From an uncultured delta proteobacterium (GTDB lineage Bacteria; Myxococcota_A; Polyangia; Polyangiales; Polyangiaceae), in the NCBI GenBank assembly GCA_963850305.1, contig CAWKKR010000008.1, positions 288,001 to 352,000 of the forward strand: a stretch of DNA of 64,000 nt, written 5' to 3'. The position numbers and the translations under genes are program-made. The notes beneath the pieces are model-generated. The model did not search any database, was not told the DNA's origin, and worked only from the letters and a program-made list of their open reading frames with translations. How positions within the stretch are numbered: the first letter of the stretch is position 1; every line of letters begins with the position of its first letter. Shown here in pieces: positions 20,290 through 29,693 of the stretch.

Positions 20290-21770
20290 CAACGCGTCCA
20301 CGACTGCCAGCGTGGGCGCCGGGGCTCGCGATCTTTCTCCTTGCCGCGGTCGCCGCGGCGCGACCCGGCGGTGGGCAGACGTACTCGGGTGGCGGAAGCC
20401 ACAGCGGAGGCGGAGGTGGCGGTGGCGGCGGACTGATCTTCTTCCTTCTCCGCTTGGTGCTCGATCTCGTTATCACGGCACCCGCGATCGGCATCCCTCT
20501 GGTCCTCGCTATCGTGATCGGCTTCGCAGTGATAGCTCTACGCCAGCAATCGAACCAGGATTGGAATGGCCCCTCGCAGGCCGCGGTGACCGCCAGCCAG
20601 TCACCCTCTCGTGTTCGCGTGCTCACGCTCGACGCGATTCGAACGAAGGATCCCGATTTCTCGTCCGTCTTGTTCGAGGATTTCGCCTACGCACTCTTCG
20701 CCGCCGCCCACCGCGCCCGGCATGACGCGAAGAAGCTCGCCGAGCTCGCCCCGTATCTCGACGAGAGCATGCGCCGCGCGCTCGCGGAGCGGGGTCCCGT
20801 GGGTGTCCCGGTGACGGCGGCGGTCGTCGGCGCTCTGCGCGTGGCCGCGGTGAGCCTCGGCGCCGAATACACCGAAGTGACGCTCGAGTTCGAAGCGAAT
20901 CTGATCTTCGCGGCCCCGAAGGCGACGACTGAATACGTCGTGGAACGGTGGGCCTTCCACCGCGGAGCGAACGTCAAGAGCCGGAACACGAACGACGCGC
21001 GGAAGTTCGCGTGTCCGAACTGCGGCGCGCCCTTCGAGTCGACCGACTCGCAGCGCTGCAAGTACTGCGGAGAGGTCGTCTCCAACGGTCGCTTCGACTG
21101 GTCAGTGTCGTCCGCCACCGTGCTCGAATCGAGCGAGCGCCCACCGAGCCTCCGCGGCACGGTGCCGGAGCGCGGCACCGATCTGCAGACGATCGTGGAC
21201 CCGGATTTCGGGGCCGCCTGGGATGCGCTGCATGCGGACGACCCCGCCGTCACCGAGGACGCGCTCGGTGCGCGCGCCGAGCTGATCTACCGCGAGCTCA
21301 ACCGCTCGTGGAACGCGCAGGATCTTGCGACGGCACGTGGGTTCGTCTCCGATGGTCTCTTCGACTATCTCGGGTACTGGACGACGGCGTATCGCGCCGA
21401 GGGACTCCGGAACGTCGTCGACGACGCGAAGATCCTCGGGTTCGAGCCCGTGAAACTCCGCCGGGATCTCCATTACGACGCGTTCACGGCGCGGGTCTTC
21501 GCGACGGGCAAGGACTACACGGTGGACGCCAGCGGCACCGTCGTCGGCGGAAGCCGCCACCGCGATCGCGAATACTCCGAGTACTGGACGCTGATCCGAG
21601 GCGCGGGCGCGCGCGGCGCCCCTAGCGCGGACCGAAGCTGCCCGAACTGTGGCGCCGAGCTACATGTCGAGATGTCCGGCGAGTGCAAGTATTGTCACGT
21701 CCGCATCACGACGGGGCGGTTCGACTGGGTTCTCTCCAAGATCGAACAGGACGACTCGTACGCGGGGTGA
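20286..21770 (+). CDS. Tim44-like domain membrane protein with two zinc-ribbon repeats
   Basis: Signal peptide, ARPGGGQTYSGGG Gly-rich start, TM helices, DPDFSSVLFEDF, two CPNCGA..CKYC..GRFDW motifs; ATGA overlap with the upstream stop. Confidence 0.8.
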   Translation: MTTRPRLPAWAPGLAIFLLAAVAAARPGGGQTYSGGGSHSGGGGGGGGGLIFFLLRLVLDLVITAPAIGIPLVLAIVIGFAVIALRQQSNQDWNGPSQAAVTASQSPSRVRVLTLDAIRTKDPDFSSVLFEDFAYALFAAAHRARHDAKKLAELAPYLDESMRRALAERGPVGVPVTAAVVGALRVAAVSLGAEYTEVTLEFEANLIFAAPKATTEYVVERWAFHRGANVKSRNTNDARKFACPNCGAPFESTDSQRCKYCGEVVSNGRFDWSVSSATVLESSERPPSLRGTVPERGTDLQTIVDPDFGAAWDALHADDPAVTEDALGARAELIYRELNRSWNAQDLATARGFVSDGLFDYLGYWTTAYRAEGLRNVVDDAKILGFEPVKLRRDLHYDAFTARVFATGKDYTVDASGTVVGGSRHRDREYSEYWTLIRGAGARGAPSADRSCPNCGAELHVEMSGECKYCHVRITTGRFDWVLSKIEQDDSYAG

Positions 21771-21791
21771 GCGACTCGTTCGAATTGCGCG

Positions 21792-22667
21792 TCATGCTCG
21801 GGCTTTGCCCAGCGGACGCTTCGAGCCGGGAGCAGTGCTGGAAGACGCCACGTCGGTCGCTTTCATGACTTCCACCGGGTCGAACCCTTCTTGCTCGGGA
21901 GACCATCGGACACGGGCGGACTCCGCATCGAGCATTCCATGCCATTCGCGCAGTCGCGCGACGGACCGCCGGATGCGGTCGGCATAGGGGCGCGCCTCGG
22001 ACACGTCGGCGAGCAGCGCGGCATTGATCTCGAGCGTCTGCAGTGGCGTGTTCGCCATGTCGCGGATCGCCAGGAAGCGGCCAGCACTCGCTTCCAGGGC
22101 GACGGCTTCGGCATGGGACTTCAGGAGTTCGACCTCGAGCGCGTGACGTCGCAGTCGATATGCAAGCAAGAACAGCGCAAAGGCGCCGAACGCGACCATC
22201 GCAAAGGGTTCGCCCACGGGGAGCTTGCTCCGGACGGCCGGGCTGAAGGTCCAGAGCTTTACCAGCGGGGGGATCGTGAAGATGAGGATGGTCGTCACAC
22301 CGACGTAGAGCTCGGCGGGGGCCAGCAGTGCGACGGTGAGGACCGCTAGCTTGCTGGCCTGGAACGGCACCCAGTGATCAACGGCCGCCGCAAAATGCCC
22401 GCTCGTGACCCAAAGCGCCAACGAGATGACGGAGTTATTCACCAGAAACGCGAACGAAGCCCTCTGAACGCTCGGTGATGCCCGGAACACGCGCAGATAG
22501 ACCAGCAGGACGGCGCCAACTCCAATCGACGCCAGCGATGGCCAGGCCGGCATCCCGGGTATCGAGCGCCCTAGGGCGAGGTTGATGGGCATACCGATCA
22601 CGTTCAAGGCAGCCGAGGCAGTCGCCCCCTGCCACGCAACCTCGGCAGCCGTGCGCGGCGTGCCCAT
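21792..22667 (-). CDS. Multi-TM membrane protein with a C-terminal His-less HisKA-like helix pair
   Basis: About 6 hydrophobic segments, then a coiled coil and RFLAIRDMANTPLQTLE; no ATPase domain. Confidence 0.7.
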   Translation of the reverse strand: MGTPRTAAEVAWQGATASAALNVIGMPINLALGRSIPGMPAWPSLASIGVGAVLLVYLRVFRASPSVQRASFAFLVNNSVISLALWVTSGHFAAAVDHWVPFQASKLAVLTVALLAPAELYVGVTTILIFTIPPLVKLWTFSPAVRSKLPVGEPFAMVAFGAFALFLLAYRLRRHALEVELLKSHAEAVALEASAGRFLAIRDMANTPLQTLEINAALLADVSEARPYADRIRRSVARLREWHGMLDAESARVRWSPEQEGFDPVEVMKATDVASSSTAPGSKRPLGKARA

Positions 22668-23072
22668 TCACCCTCCTATGAATTGCAGAAGCGTCTCGAT
22701 CGGCGCCGGCTTCTCGATGATCTGCACCATGCCGAGCGTACTGGCTTCCTGAACGAGAGGGTGAGAACGTGCGTGCCCGGTCAGGAACGCGATCTTACCC
22801 GAGAAATGCTCCCCCTGAAGCCACCTGTACGCATCGATGCCGCTCGGCTGGTCGGCTCCCAAATTGATGTCGATGATCGCGACACGACATGCGAGGGCTC
22901 GTTCGCCGAGCGCCTTCAGTGCCTCCAAGCTGGTGGCGGTCAGGCATCCAACGTGGCTCTTGAGCCGCACGATATCGGAAATGGATTCGAGCATGTCCTG
23001 GTCGTCATCCAGAATGACGACCTCTGCCAGCGGCGCAGGGTCACTGTTCGGGCGGAGCAGGCGAGCAGGCAT
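22668..23072 (-). CDS. Single-domain response regulator
   Basis: VILDDDQD, IIDINLG, FLTGH, IEKP; abuts the downstream gene with a 0 bp gap. Confidence 0.88.
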   Translation of the reverse strand: MPARLLRPNSDPAPLAEVVILDDDQDMLESISDIVRLKSHVGCLTATSLEALKALGERALACRVAIIDINLGADQPSGIDAYRWLQGEHFSGKIAFLTGHARSHPLVQEASTLGMVQIIEKPAPIETLLQFIGG

Positions 23073-23127
23073 TCTTCACCATAAGCTCAGTTGGTCCTCC
23101 GGCAACAGGCGAACAACAGGCGAAGTC

Positions 23128-24063
23128 TCACCCGGCCGCCCCGTCGAGGTTCGGAGACCGAGTCAGAATCTCGACGGCACCGGGGTCAGCGACGACCTCG
23201 TCTCGCGGACGCCGCGAGAGCCCATGGGTAACGAGACCCGTCACGATGATGCCCGCCGTGATCGCGACGCCCGCGGTCGACACGCCGAGCAGCTTGAGCG
23301 CGGACGCGACCAGCACGACGACGAGCGCCGGCTTGATGAGGTGGTCGGGCGCGCGCGCGGAGAGTTGTGCCCCCAGGAACACGCCGGGGATACTGCCGAC
23401 GAGCAGCGACCCGGTCAGCGCGAACATCACCTTGCCGAACACGAGATGCCCGAGCGCCGCCGCGCCGACGAGCGGGATCGCCTGCGCGAGATCCGTCCCG
23501 ACCAGCTGCGACCCCGCGAGGCCCGGGTAGAGCAGCATCAGCATGACGACGATGAGCGACCCGGACCCCACCGACGTCATCCCGACGACGAAGCCGCCCA
23601 CCGCACCGATCGCGATGGTCGGCAGCGGCTTGACCGGGATCGCCATCAGGCTCGCCCCGGGCGGCGTCCCGCGTCGCGCCGACATCACGGTCTTCGCCAC
23701 GATGGCGCTCGACGCGAGCAGGAGCGCGCCGCCGAGCATGCACTTGAGCCCATGCTCCAGCGCCGGCGATCGACCCAGATGATTGACCAGCGCGGAACCG
23801 CCGAACGCCGAAGGGACGGACCCGAGCGTCAGCCACCGAACGAGTGGCGCGTTCACCGTGCGACGCCGCATGTGCACGAGCGCGCCGAACGGCTTCATCA
23901 CGACCGATGCGGCCAGGTCACTGGCCACTGCCGCGGTCGGCGAGACCCCGAACAGCAGCACCAGAATGGGCGTCATCAATGCCCCGCCCCCCATCCCGGT
24001 CAGCCCCACGACGATCCCAACGGCGAAGCCGGACAGCGCTATCAAACCATCGACGGTGAACAT
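23128..24063 (-). CDS. Sulfite exporter TauE/SafE (TSUP) family protein
   Basis: GLTGMGGGALMTP, AVASDL, GMTSVGSGSL, LVGTDLAQAIPL. Confidence 0.92.
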   Translation of the reverse strand: MFTVDGLIALSGFAVGIVVGLTGMGGGALMTPILVLLFGVSPTAAVASDLAASVVMKPFGALVHMRRRTVNAPLVRWLTLGSVPSAFGGSALVNHLGRSPALEHGLKCMLGGALLLASSAIVAKTVMSARRGTPPGASLMAIPVKPLPTIAIGAVGGFVVGMTSVGSGSLIVVMLMLLYPGLAGSQLVGTDLAQAIPLVGAAALGHLVFGKVMFALTGSLLVGSIPGVFLGAQLSARAPDHLIKPALVVVLVASALKLLGVSTAGVAITAGIIVTGLVTHGLSRRPRDEVVADPGAVEILTRSPNLDGAAG

Positions 24064-24082
24064 GAATTGACCTGGTTCGAGG

Positions 24083-24107
24083 AAACTTGACTGAACGCAT
24101 AGGAAAT
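24083..24107. promoter_or_regulatory. Candidate Rrf2-family (IscR/CymR-like) operator upstream of the TSUP gene
   Basis: AAACTTGACTGAACGCATAGGAAAT; the left half matches the IscR type-1 half-site ATASYYGACT at 9 of 10 positions; AT-rich island. Confidence 0.45.
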
Positions 24108-24622
24108 ATGGAGAATCAATCCGTCCGGGTCAAGCGCCCAGATTTATGGTCAATATTTCAGATACTTACATGAATTCAACAGAGCTCGAAGCGAGCACTG
24201 GAGGCCCCGAGCGGTCCGCCCACCGGCGCCCCGCGGGGCCCCCGCGGCGAGTCTGCGAGGCGCTTGGGGAGGCCCGCAGCCCGCCGCGAAGCGAGGACGG
24301 CGACGGCAGCGCCGTTCAGCGTGGGGGGGCATCGGGGCTCGAATCACGGCAGCCATCCGAGGGCGATCACCTGGCCACGGCACTCGAGCCTCGCCGGTAT
24401 CGTCTCGAGCCCGAGGTGTTCGAACACGTCGCGCAGGCTCATCGAACACGTGGTGGTGAAGACAGCGATTTTCGACGCCTTCCCAGATCGTGCTCACCCC
24501 GTGATGTTCATTCGATGCTGACGTCGGGAAAGTGCGGCTCCGACCGGGTTCGTGGTCGCCCGTGAGGGAGCTGTTTTGCATGCACGGAAAGTCATTTCCG
24601 GCCGATGCTATGCGAACCTCCG

Positions 24623-25438
24623 ATGAAGCGCCTCGCCATTTTCGCCCACTACGACGACCGCGGAGAAGTGAAGCGCTACATTCTCCATCACCTGCGGGGC
24701 CTTCGCGAGGTCTGCGACGCGGTCTGGTTCGTGTCGACGGCGCAGCTCTCGGACGGCGAGCTCGACAAGGTGCGACCCACCTGTGGGCGCGCCTGGTTGC
24801 GAGAGAACGTCGGATACGATTTCGGGATGTGGCAAGACGCATTTCGAGACCCAGCGGTCTGCAGCTGGGACGAGCTCGTGCTCGCGAACTCCAGCGTCTA
24901 CGGACCGATCTGGCCTCTGAGCGACGTGTTTTCGAAGATGGCCGAAAACGCTGACTGCGACTTTTGGGGCATGACCGACTGCACGGAAATCGCTTGGCAT
25001 ATCCAGAGCTACTTCTTGGTGTTTCGAGAGTGTCTCGTTCGCTCGACGGTTCTTCGAGATTTTTTCGTCGGCCTGGATCTGTCCGGCACCAAGCGCGCCG
25101 TCATCGAGAGGTGCGAAATCGGTCTGACGTCGTATCTGCTGGGAGCCGGTTACCGAGGCAAGGCTCTCGTTACTTGTGCCGAGATCCCGCGGCCCCTCTA
25201 CACCCGCATCCGGCGACCGCACTTCAACCCGACGATCTCGACGCCGATGACTCTGACCGCGCGACGGATGCCGTACGTGAAGGTCGAGCTGCTTCGCGAC
25301 AATCCTCTTGGAGTGCGTCTCGGACCCCTCTTCGACATGATCGCCGCAAGCGGTTACGACCGATCGCTGCTCGAACACGGTCCGAGCCCTGCGCCTCGAA
25401 CGAGACGCGGCATCCGGGGCTTTCCTCGCCGGGCATAG
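24623..25438 (+). CDS. Rhamnan synthesis protein F (RgpF) family protein
   Basis: RLAIFAHYD, RENVGYDFGMW, LANSSVYGP, DFWGMT, HIQSYFLVF, PYVKVELLRDNP. Confidence 0.88.
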   Translation: MKRLAIFAHYDDRGEVKRYILHHLRGLREVCDAVWFVSTAQLSDGELDKVRPTCGRAWLRENVGYDFGMWQDAFRDPAVCSWDELVLANSSVYGPIWPLSDVFSKMAENADCDFWGMTDCTEIAWHIQSYFLVFRECLVRSTVLRDFFVGLDLSGTKRAVIERCEIGLTSYLLGAGYRGKALVTCAEIPRPLYTRIRRPHFNPTISTPMTLTARRMPYVKVELLRDNPLGVRLGPLFDMIAASGYDRSLLEHGPSPAPRTRRGIRGFPRRA

Positions 25439-25486
25439 AGACACCTCGGTCGACTGCCGCCTGGTGCCGGTCGAACGGCTGCAGAC

Positions 25487-25979
25487 TCACGAGGGCGGTC
25501 GCTCATTCCGAGCTCTGGCCGGGACGCCCGTCACGACGACGCCGGGGGGCACATCGCGGGTCACGACGGCGCCCGCACCAACCACGGCTCGATCACCGAT
25601 GGACAATCGTTCGAGGATCCGCGCGCCTGTTCCAACGAGCACGGCGTCGCCGACGGTCACGTTTCCCGAAATGCTCGCGGCGTGGTTCACGACCGTGCCC
25701 CGGCCGATCGATGCTTCGTGTCCCAGCGTGCACGCGATGTTGATCAACGCGAACCTGCTGCGCCTCCGCGAAAACCCCGAGCCCTGCCGGCCCGACCACC
25801 TGCGCCGTCACCTTGGAGCGCACCACTGTCGAGACAATCGTCACGCCCGAGACGAGTGCTCCGAAGAACGCAAGCCGTTCGATCCCCGTGCCTCGATTCG
25901 CGGCACCAGAACTCGGCGCGACGGCAGCATCGCTCCCCTCCGCAGGAGTCGACGCTTCGGGGCCTTCAGACGACGTCAT
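25487..25979 (-). pseudogene. Out-of-frame fusion: N-terminus of a Wzx-like flippase joined to the C-terminus of a NeuD/PglB-like sugar acetyltransferase
   Basis: 25979 to about 25760 encodes VRSKVTAQVVGPAGLGVF (flippase start). About 25757 to 25487, in another frame, encodes FALINIACTLGHEASIG..IGDRAVVGAGAVVTRDVPPGVVVTGVPAR (hexapeptide repeats, N-domain missing). Confidence 0.7.
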
Positions 25980-26512
25980 CGGCCAGCACCTCGGAATGCG
26001 CGCGCTCCCCCGAAACGAATGGATCCGGCCGCGCTCCTCCCATCCGGATGCTTACTGACTTCATCGACTCGCGGGAAATAGCATTCGAAGGGCATCGGGC
26101 GCGAGGTGGTTTCGCCGCAGGTGCTAGGCTCGCCGCGTGCGTACGCGAGAAACACTCCGGCAAGCCGTAGAGCGGTACGAAGCGATGGTCGACCCGTCCT
26201 TCGCTCGTGAACCTGCTCCTCGACTGCGGGTTTTCTTCGGCGTGCGAGTGCCTGGCGTCGCCCTACAACGAGAATGACGTCGGCATGGAACGCGGGGACG
26301 CTGCACGTTCGTCGCGCGGAACCTCGCCTATTCGGCTCGAGCGGCGCCGTTCGGGAAGCTCAGTTCCCGAATCGTCGACCGCTTGCGACACGCAGCACGC
26401 CGGCGCGCGACGAGATGAGTTCGTGCGCCGGTCGCGCCGCGCCCCTTTCGTGGCGACCGCTCGCCTGTCGCCAACCTCGGCGCGGGTCTCCGGCAAGTCA
26501 CGGTTGACTGAG

Positions 26513-26956
26513 TCAAACCGTGTTCGCCGGGGCCTGTCGAAGTGCATCGGCGAGCGCCTGGGGGTCGTCGACGCTGACCATGAGCTGCCGGAGCCGAACG
26601 GGTATTCCGAGCGTATAGCCGCGCTGGGGAGGGTTCAGATCCATGGCCACGATGCCGTCGCCCGAGCCGTTCACCAGCCAGCGTCCCAACAGCCCGTGCA
26701 CGCCTCGGCTCATCGGCTTCCGAGCAAGCGGCGCGGCGGCTCGAACGGCGGCGCGAGAGAACCGCGCGGAGAACGCCCATGCCATACGAACGACAACATC
26801 CTCGCCGTCGATCTCGACGTAAGAGCGCGACGGCGGGATGAAGAGCCCGCTCGAGAGGATCCGGTACCAGGCGTCGAAGCGGATGGGAAACCGCTTCCCC
26901 CCAGTGATCCTCACGGCATCCTGGTCGACGGCTTTCGATGAAGGCGGTGTGCTCAC
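26513..26956 (-). CDS. Hypothetical protein (possible PH-like fold)
   Basis: RFPIRFDAWY..VVVRMAWAF..GVHGLLGRWLVNGS..LMVSVDDPQAL; start approximate. Confidence 0.65.
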   Translation of the reverse strand: MSTPPSSKAVDQDAVRITGGKRFPIRFDAWYRILSSGLFIPPSRSYVEIDGEDVVVRMAWAFSARFSRAAVRAAAPLARKPMSRGVHGLLGRWLVNGSGDGIVAMDLNPPQRGYTLGIPVRLRQLMVSVDDPQALADALRQAPANTV

Positions 26957-27100
26957 TGAGGTGGTCCGTATTCGATCGATTGCGGTTCCATAGCACGTCG
27001 TTCGAGATGCGGTCCATCTCAGGCGGTTCCTCACACACGTCCCGAAGCAGATGGGTCGCTGGCGCTCGGCTCCTCTGCTCCCAGAGGTCTCGAGGTTCAG

Positions 27101-27448
27101 TCAGCGCCAGAACCTGAAGCGCGAACGGGGGCGCTCGGCGGTGACTCGCTCGTAGCTGCGGCGTGCTTCCACGCTGAAGTCCTTGAGCGCGCGCGCCACT
27201 CTCGCCGTGGGTGCCTCGGCGCTCTTGCCGAGGTCGGTGACGGCCTCCTCGATGCTGCGCCATCGGCGTCCGAATCGTACGCGTGCGTCGCCGAGTTCCT
27301 CGGCGATCACGTCCAGGCGCGCAGCCGCGTCGACGGCCACTTCATCGACGCGGTCGGCGATCTGCGCTCCCGCATGGTCGATGCGTGCGCCGAGTTCGGC
27401 AGCCGCCGCTCGGAGTTTCTCGGTGGGGTCTTGTCCTGGTGTGTTCAT
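27101..27448 (-). CDS. Small all-helical protein (phasin/apolipoprotein-like)
   Basis: GAAAGGAAAA RBS; Ala/Glu/Arg-rich amphipathic helices; 27 bp downstream of the ABC1 kinase stop. Confidence 0.6.
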   Translation of the reverse strand: MNTPGQDPTEKLRAAAAELGARIDHAGAQIADRVDEVAVDAAARLDVIAEELGDARVRFGRRWRSIEEAVTDLGKSAEAPTARVARALKDFSVEARRSYERVTAERPRSRFRFWR

Positions 27449-27475
27449 GTTCGTTTTCCTTTCATCACGACAGTT

Positions 27476-29062
27476 TCAAAATAGCGCCCTTCCGACGACG
27501 GGTAGGATGTGCGTGGTGAAATCGACGGCGGGGCGGTAAGTCGCGAAGAGTCCACCGAGGGTTCCGAAGACGCGCGCGATCATGATGAACTCGCCAGGGA
27601 GCGACATGACCGGGTCGCCGTTACACGCGGCCAGCAGGTCCGTCATCTTCGCGACGAACTCCTCGCGCGAGGGCCAGGCCACGCCACTACCGGCGGCCAT
27701 CTGACGGATCTCGCCGAGCAGCGCGTCCGCGAACGCGTGCAGCGTGTCCGGACGGCCGCTCCGCGTCACGAAGCCGATCTCGCGAAACAACTCCGTCATG
27801 CGCTCGCGGTCGCCCGTGAAGAACGCACCCACGAGCGCGAGGTATCGATCTCGCACTTCCGGCGTGAGAACCTGGGCGCACCCGAAGTCCAGCACGACGA
27901 CCTTTCCCTCTGGCGTGACGAGGAGGTTGCCGGGGTGCGGATCGGCCTGGAACATCCCGGCGAGGAGGACCTGCCGCAGGTACGCTTCCAGCAGATTTCC
28001 GAGCACCGAGGAGAGCTCGGCGTGAGCGCGCACGTCGCCGGCCTTCACGCGGGCGTCGAGGGCGTCGAGAACGTCCGTGATCTTCTCCCCGGCGACGAAC
28101 GTCGTTGTGAGGACACGGTCCGACGAGAGCGCCGCGACCGGCCGCGGAACGACGATGCCGGGATGGTCGGCGAAGAAATCAGCCGCGCGCTCGGTGGCAC
28201 TCGCCTCGGCGACGTAGTCGACCTCGGACAGGATCTTGGACTTCACTTCCGTGACGATGGTGTCGTAATCGGTTTCCGGTAGCGACGACTGCAGGCTGGA
28301 CACGAAGGTCTCGAGGAGCTGAAGATCGAGTCGCACGCGCCCCTCGATGCCCGGGCGCTGCACCTTGACGGCGACGACCGTGCCGTCCTTGGTGGTCGCG
28401 CGATGAACCTGCCCGATGCTGGCGGCCGCGAGCGGCGCTCCCTCGAAGCTCGCGAACAGCTCTTCGAGCTTTGCGCCGAGGCTCTCCTCGACGACACGCC
28501 GCACGTCGGAAAATGGGATCGCCGGCGCGGCGTCCTGTAGCTTCGTGAGTTCGTCGATCCAGACCCGCGGAAGAAGGTCGGAACGCGCGGACAGCATCTG
28601 TCCGACTTTCATGAATGCGCCGCCGTGAACGGAACTGACGTCGTGGAACCGTCGCGCGCTCGTCGCATGGAGCTCGTCCAGAAGCTCGGTTGCGCGCTGC
28701 CGCGTCACGAACGCGGAGCGAAGACCGTGCAAGCGGTAGCCCGCGGCGACGCGTGCCAACATCCAGCCGGTTTGGGAGAGTCGCGTCGCGTGCTCGGACC
28801 AGCCCACGACGTTCTCGCGCGCGCTGGCCACGTCGCGCTCGCCCCGGGACCACGCTTCACGCGCGGCGCCGGCAACCTCTCGCGTGGACCACGCAGTCTG
28901 CTCGATCGCGGTCAGCAGGCCATCGAGCACGTCCGCCCACGCGCGAAGCTGGTTCGACGGGCGACGCCGACGGCCGTGGCCGCGCCGGCGCGAACGACGC
29001 TTCCGAGGTGAATATTCATTGAAGTCAGTAACTTGAGCAGGGAAGGAGTCAGCAGGAATCAT
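27476..29062 (-). CDS. ABC1/AarF/UbiB family atypical kinase
   Basis: GAFMKVGQMLS, LQD, PLAAASIGQVHRA, VAVKVQRPG, FQADPHPGN, LDFG; start at ATG 29062 after a GAGG RBS. Confidence 0.93.
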   Translation of the reverse strand: MIPADSFPAQVTDFNEYSPRKRRSRRRGHGRRRRPSNQLRAWADVLDGLLTAIEQTAWSTREVAGAAREAWSRGERDVASARENVVGWSEHATRLSQTGWMLARVAAGYRLHGLRSAFVTRQRATELLDELHATSARRFHDVSSVHGGAFMKVGQMLSARSDLLPRVWIDELTKLQDAAPAIPFSDVRRVVEESLGAKLEELFASFEGAPLAAASIGQVHRATTKDGTVVAVKVQRPGIEGRVRLDLQLLETFVSSLQSSLPETDYDTIVTEVKSKILSEVDYVAEASATERAADFFADHPGIVVPRPVAALSSDRVLTTTFVAGEKITDVLDALDARVKAGDVRAHAELSSVLGNLLEAYLRQVLLAGMFQADPHPGNLLVTPEGKVVVLDFGCAQVLTPEVRDRYLALVGAFFTGDRERMTELFREIGFVTRSGRPDTLHAFADALLGEIRQMAAGSGVAWPSREEFVAKMTDLLAACNGDPVMSLPGEFIMIARVFGTLGGLFATYRPAVDFTTHILPVVGRALF

Positions 29063-29074
29063 CTTGGGGGACCT

Positions 29075-29151
29075 CGTTGTCATCCTGCATATTACAGGAT
29101 GACAACGTAATACATAATAGGACGAGGCTTCGCAAGCGATTTGTATTACAA
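29075..29151. promoter_or_regulatory. Operator cluster: 13-bp perfect inverted repeat plus TGTAATAY-like boxes
   Basis: CGTTGTCATCCTG-catatta-CAGGATGACAACG (29075-29107), CGTAATACA (29106), TTGTATTACAA (29141); the same CATATTACAG recurs at 29693. Confidence 0.6.
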
Positions 29152-29162
29152 AACGATATGCG

Positions 29163-29693
29163 TCAGAGCTCCTCGAGGCAATCCGAGCACAGCCAGGCGG
29201 GCAAAGCCTTGGGATCCTGGGACATTCCAAGGTGCGCGATGACGCCGCGGGGAAGCTCGCGATCACAGCCGGCACACCGGGCCGCGCGGTTCACCACCAC
29301 CTGATTCCAGGCGAGCACGTGATCGAGGGCTGCAAGGCGAGTCGCTCGTGCGACGTCCTCGTGGGCGTCGCGCGCAGGCTCCCCCTCGGGCTCGGGTTCG
29401 TGCGCCGGCCGCACCGCTCTTCGCGCCGTGGACGCCAATCTGCCGGCGTCGCGCTTCACCTGTTCGGCGAGCTCGGCGGAGCCGTGGGCCAGCTCACCTG
29501 CACCGGAGACCACGGTGTCGACGAGCTGCAGCGTGTCCTCGAGCATGTTGCGGATCAGGTGCGATACCGTCAGCCGCCGCTTTTGCGCCTCTTCTTTGAG
29601 GACACTCTCCAGTCGCTCCGGAACCCGGGTCTGGATGAGGCGATCTTTGACGTCGCGATGTCGACTCCCTCGGCGGTGGCGGCTCGGTGGCAC
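29163..29693 (-). CDS. Ribbon-helix-helix regulator with central amphipathic helix and C-terminal C4 zinc finger
   Basis: KDRLIQTRVPERLESVLKEEAQKRRLTVSHLIRNMLED (RHH pattern); CAGC..WLCSDCL. Start uncertain. Confidence 0.75.
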   Translation of the reverse strand: MPPSRHRRGSRHRDVKDRLIQTRVPERLESVLKEEAQKRRLTVSHLIRNMLEDTLQLVDTVVSGAGELAHGSAELAEQVKRDAGRLASTARRAVRPAHEPEPEGEPARDAHEDVARATRLAALDHVLAWNQVVVNRAARCAGCDRELPRGVIAHLGMSQDPKALPAWLCSDCLEEL

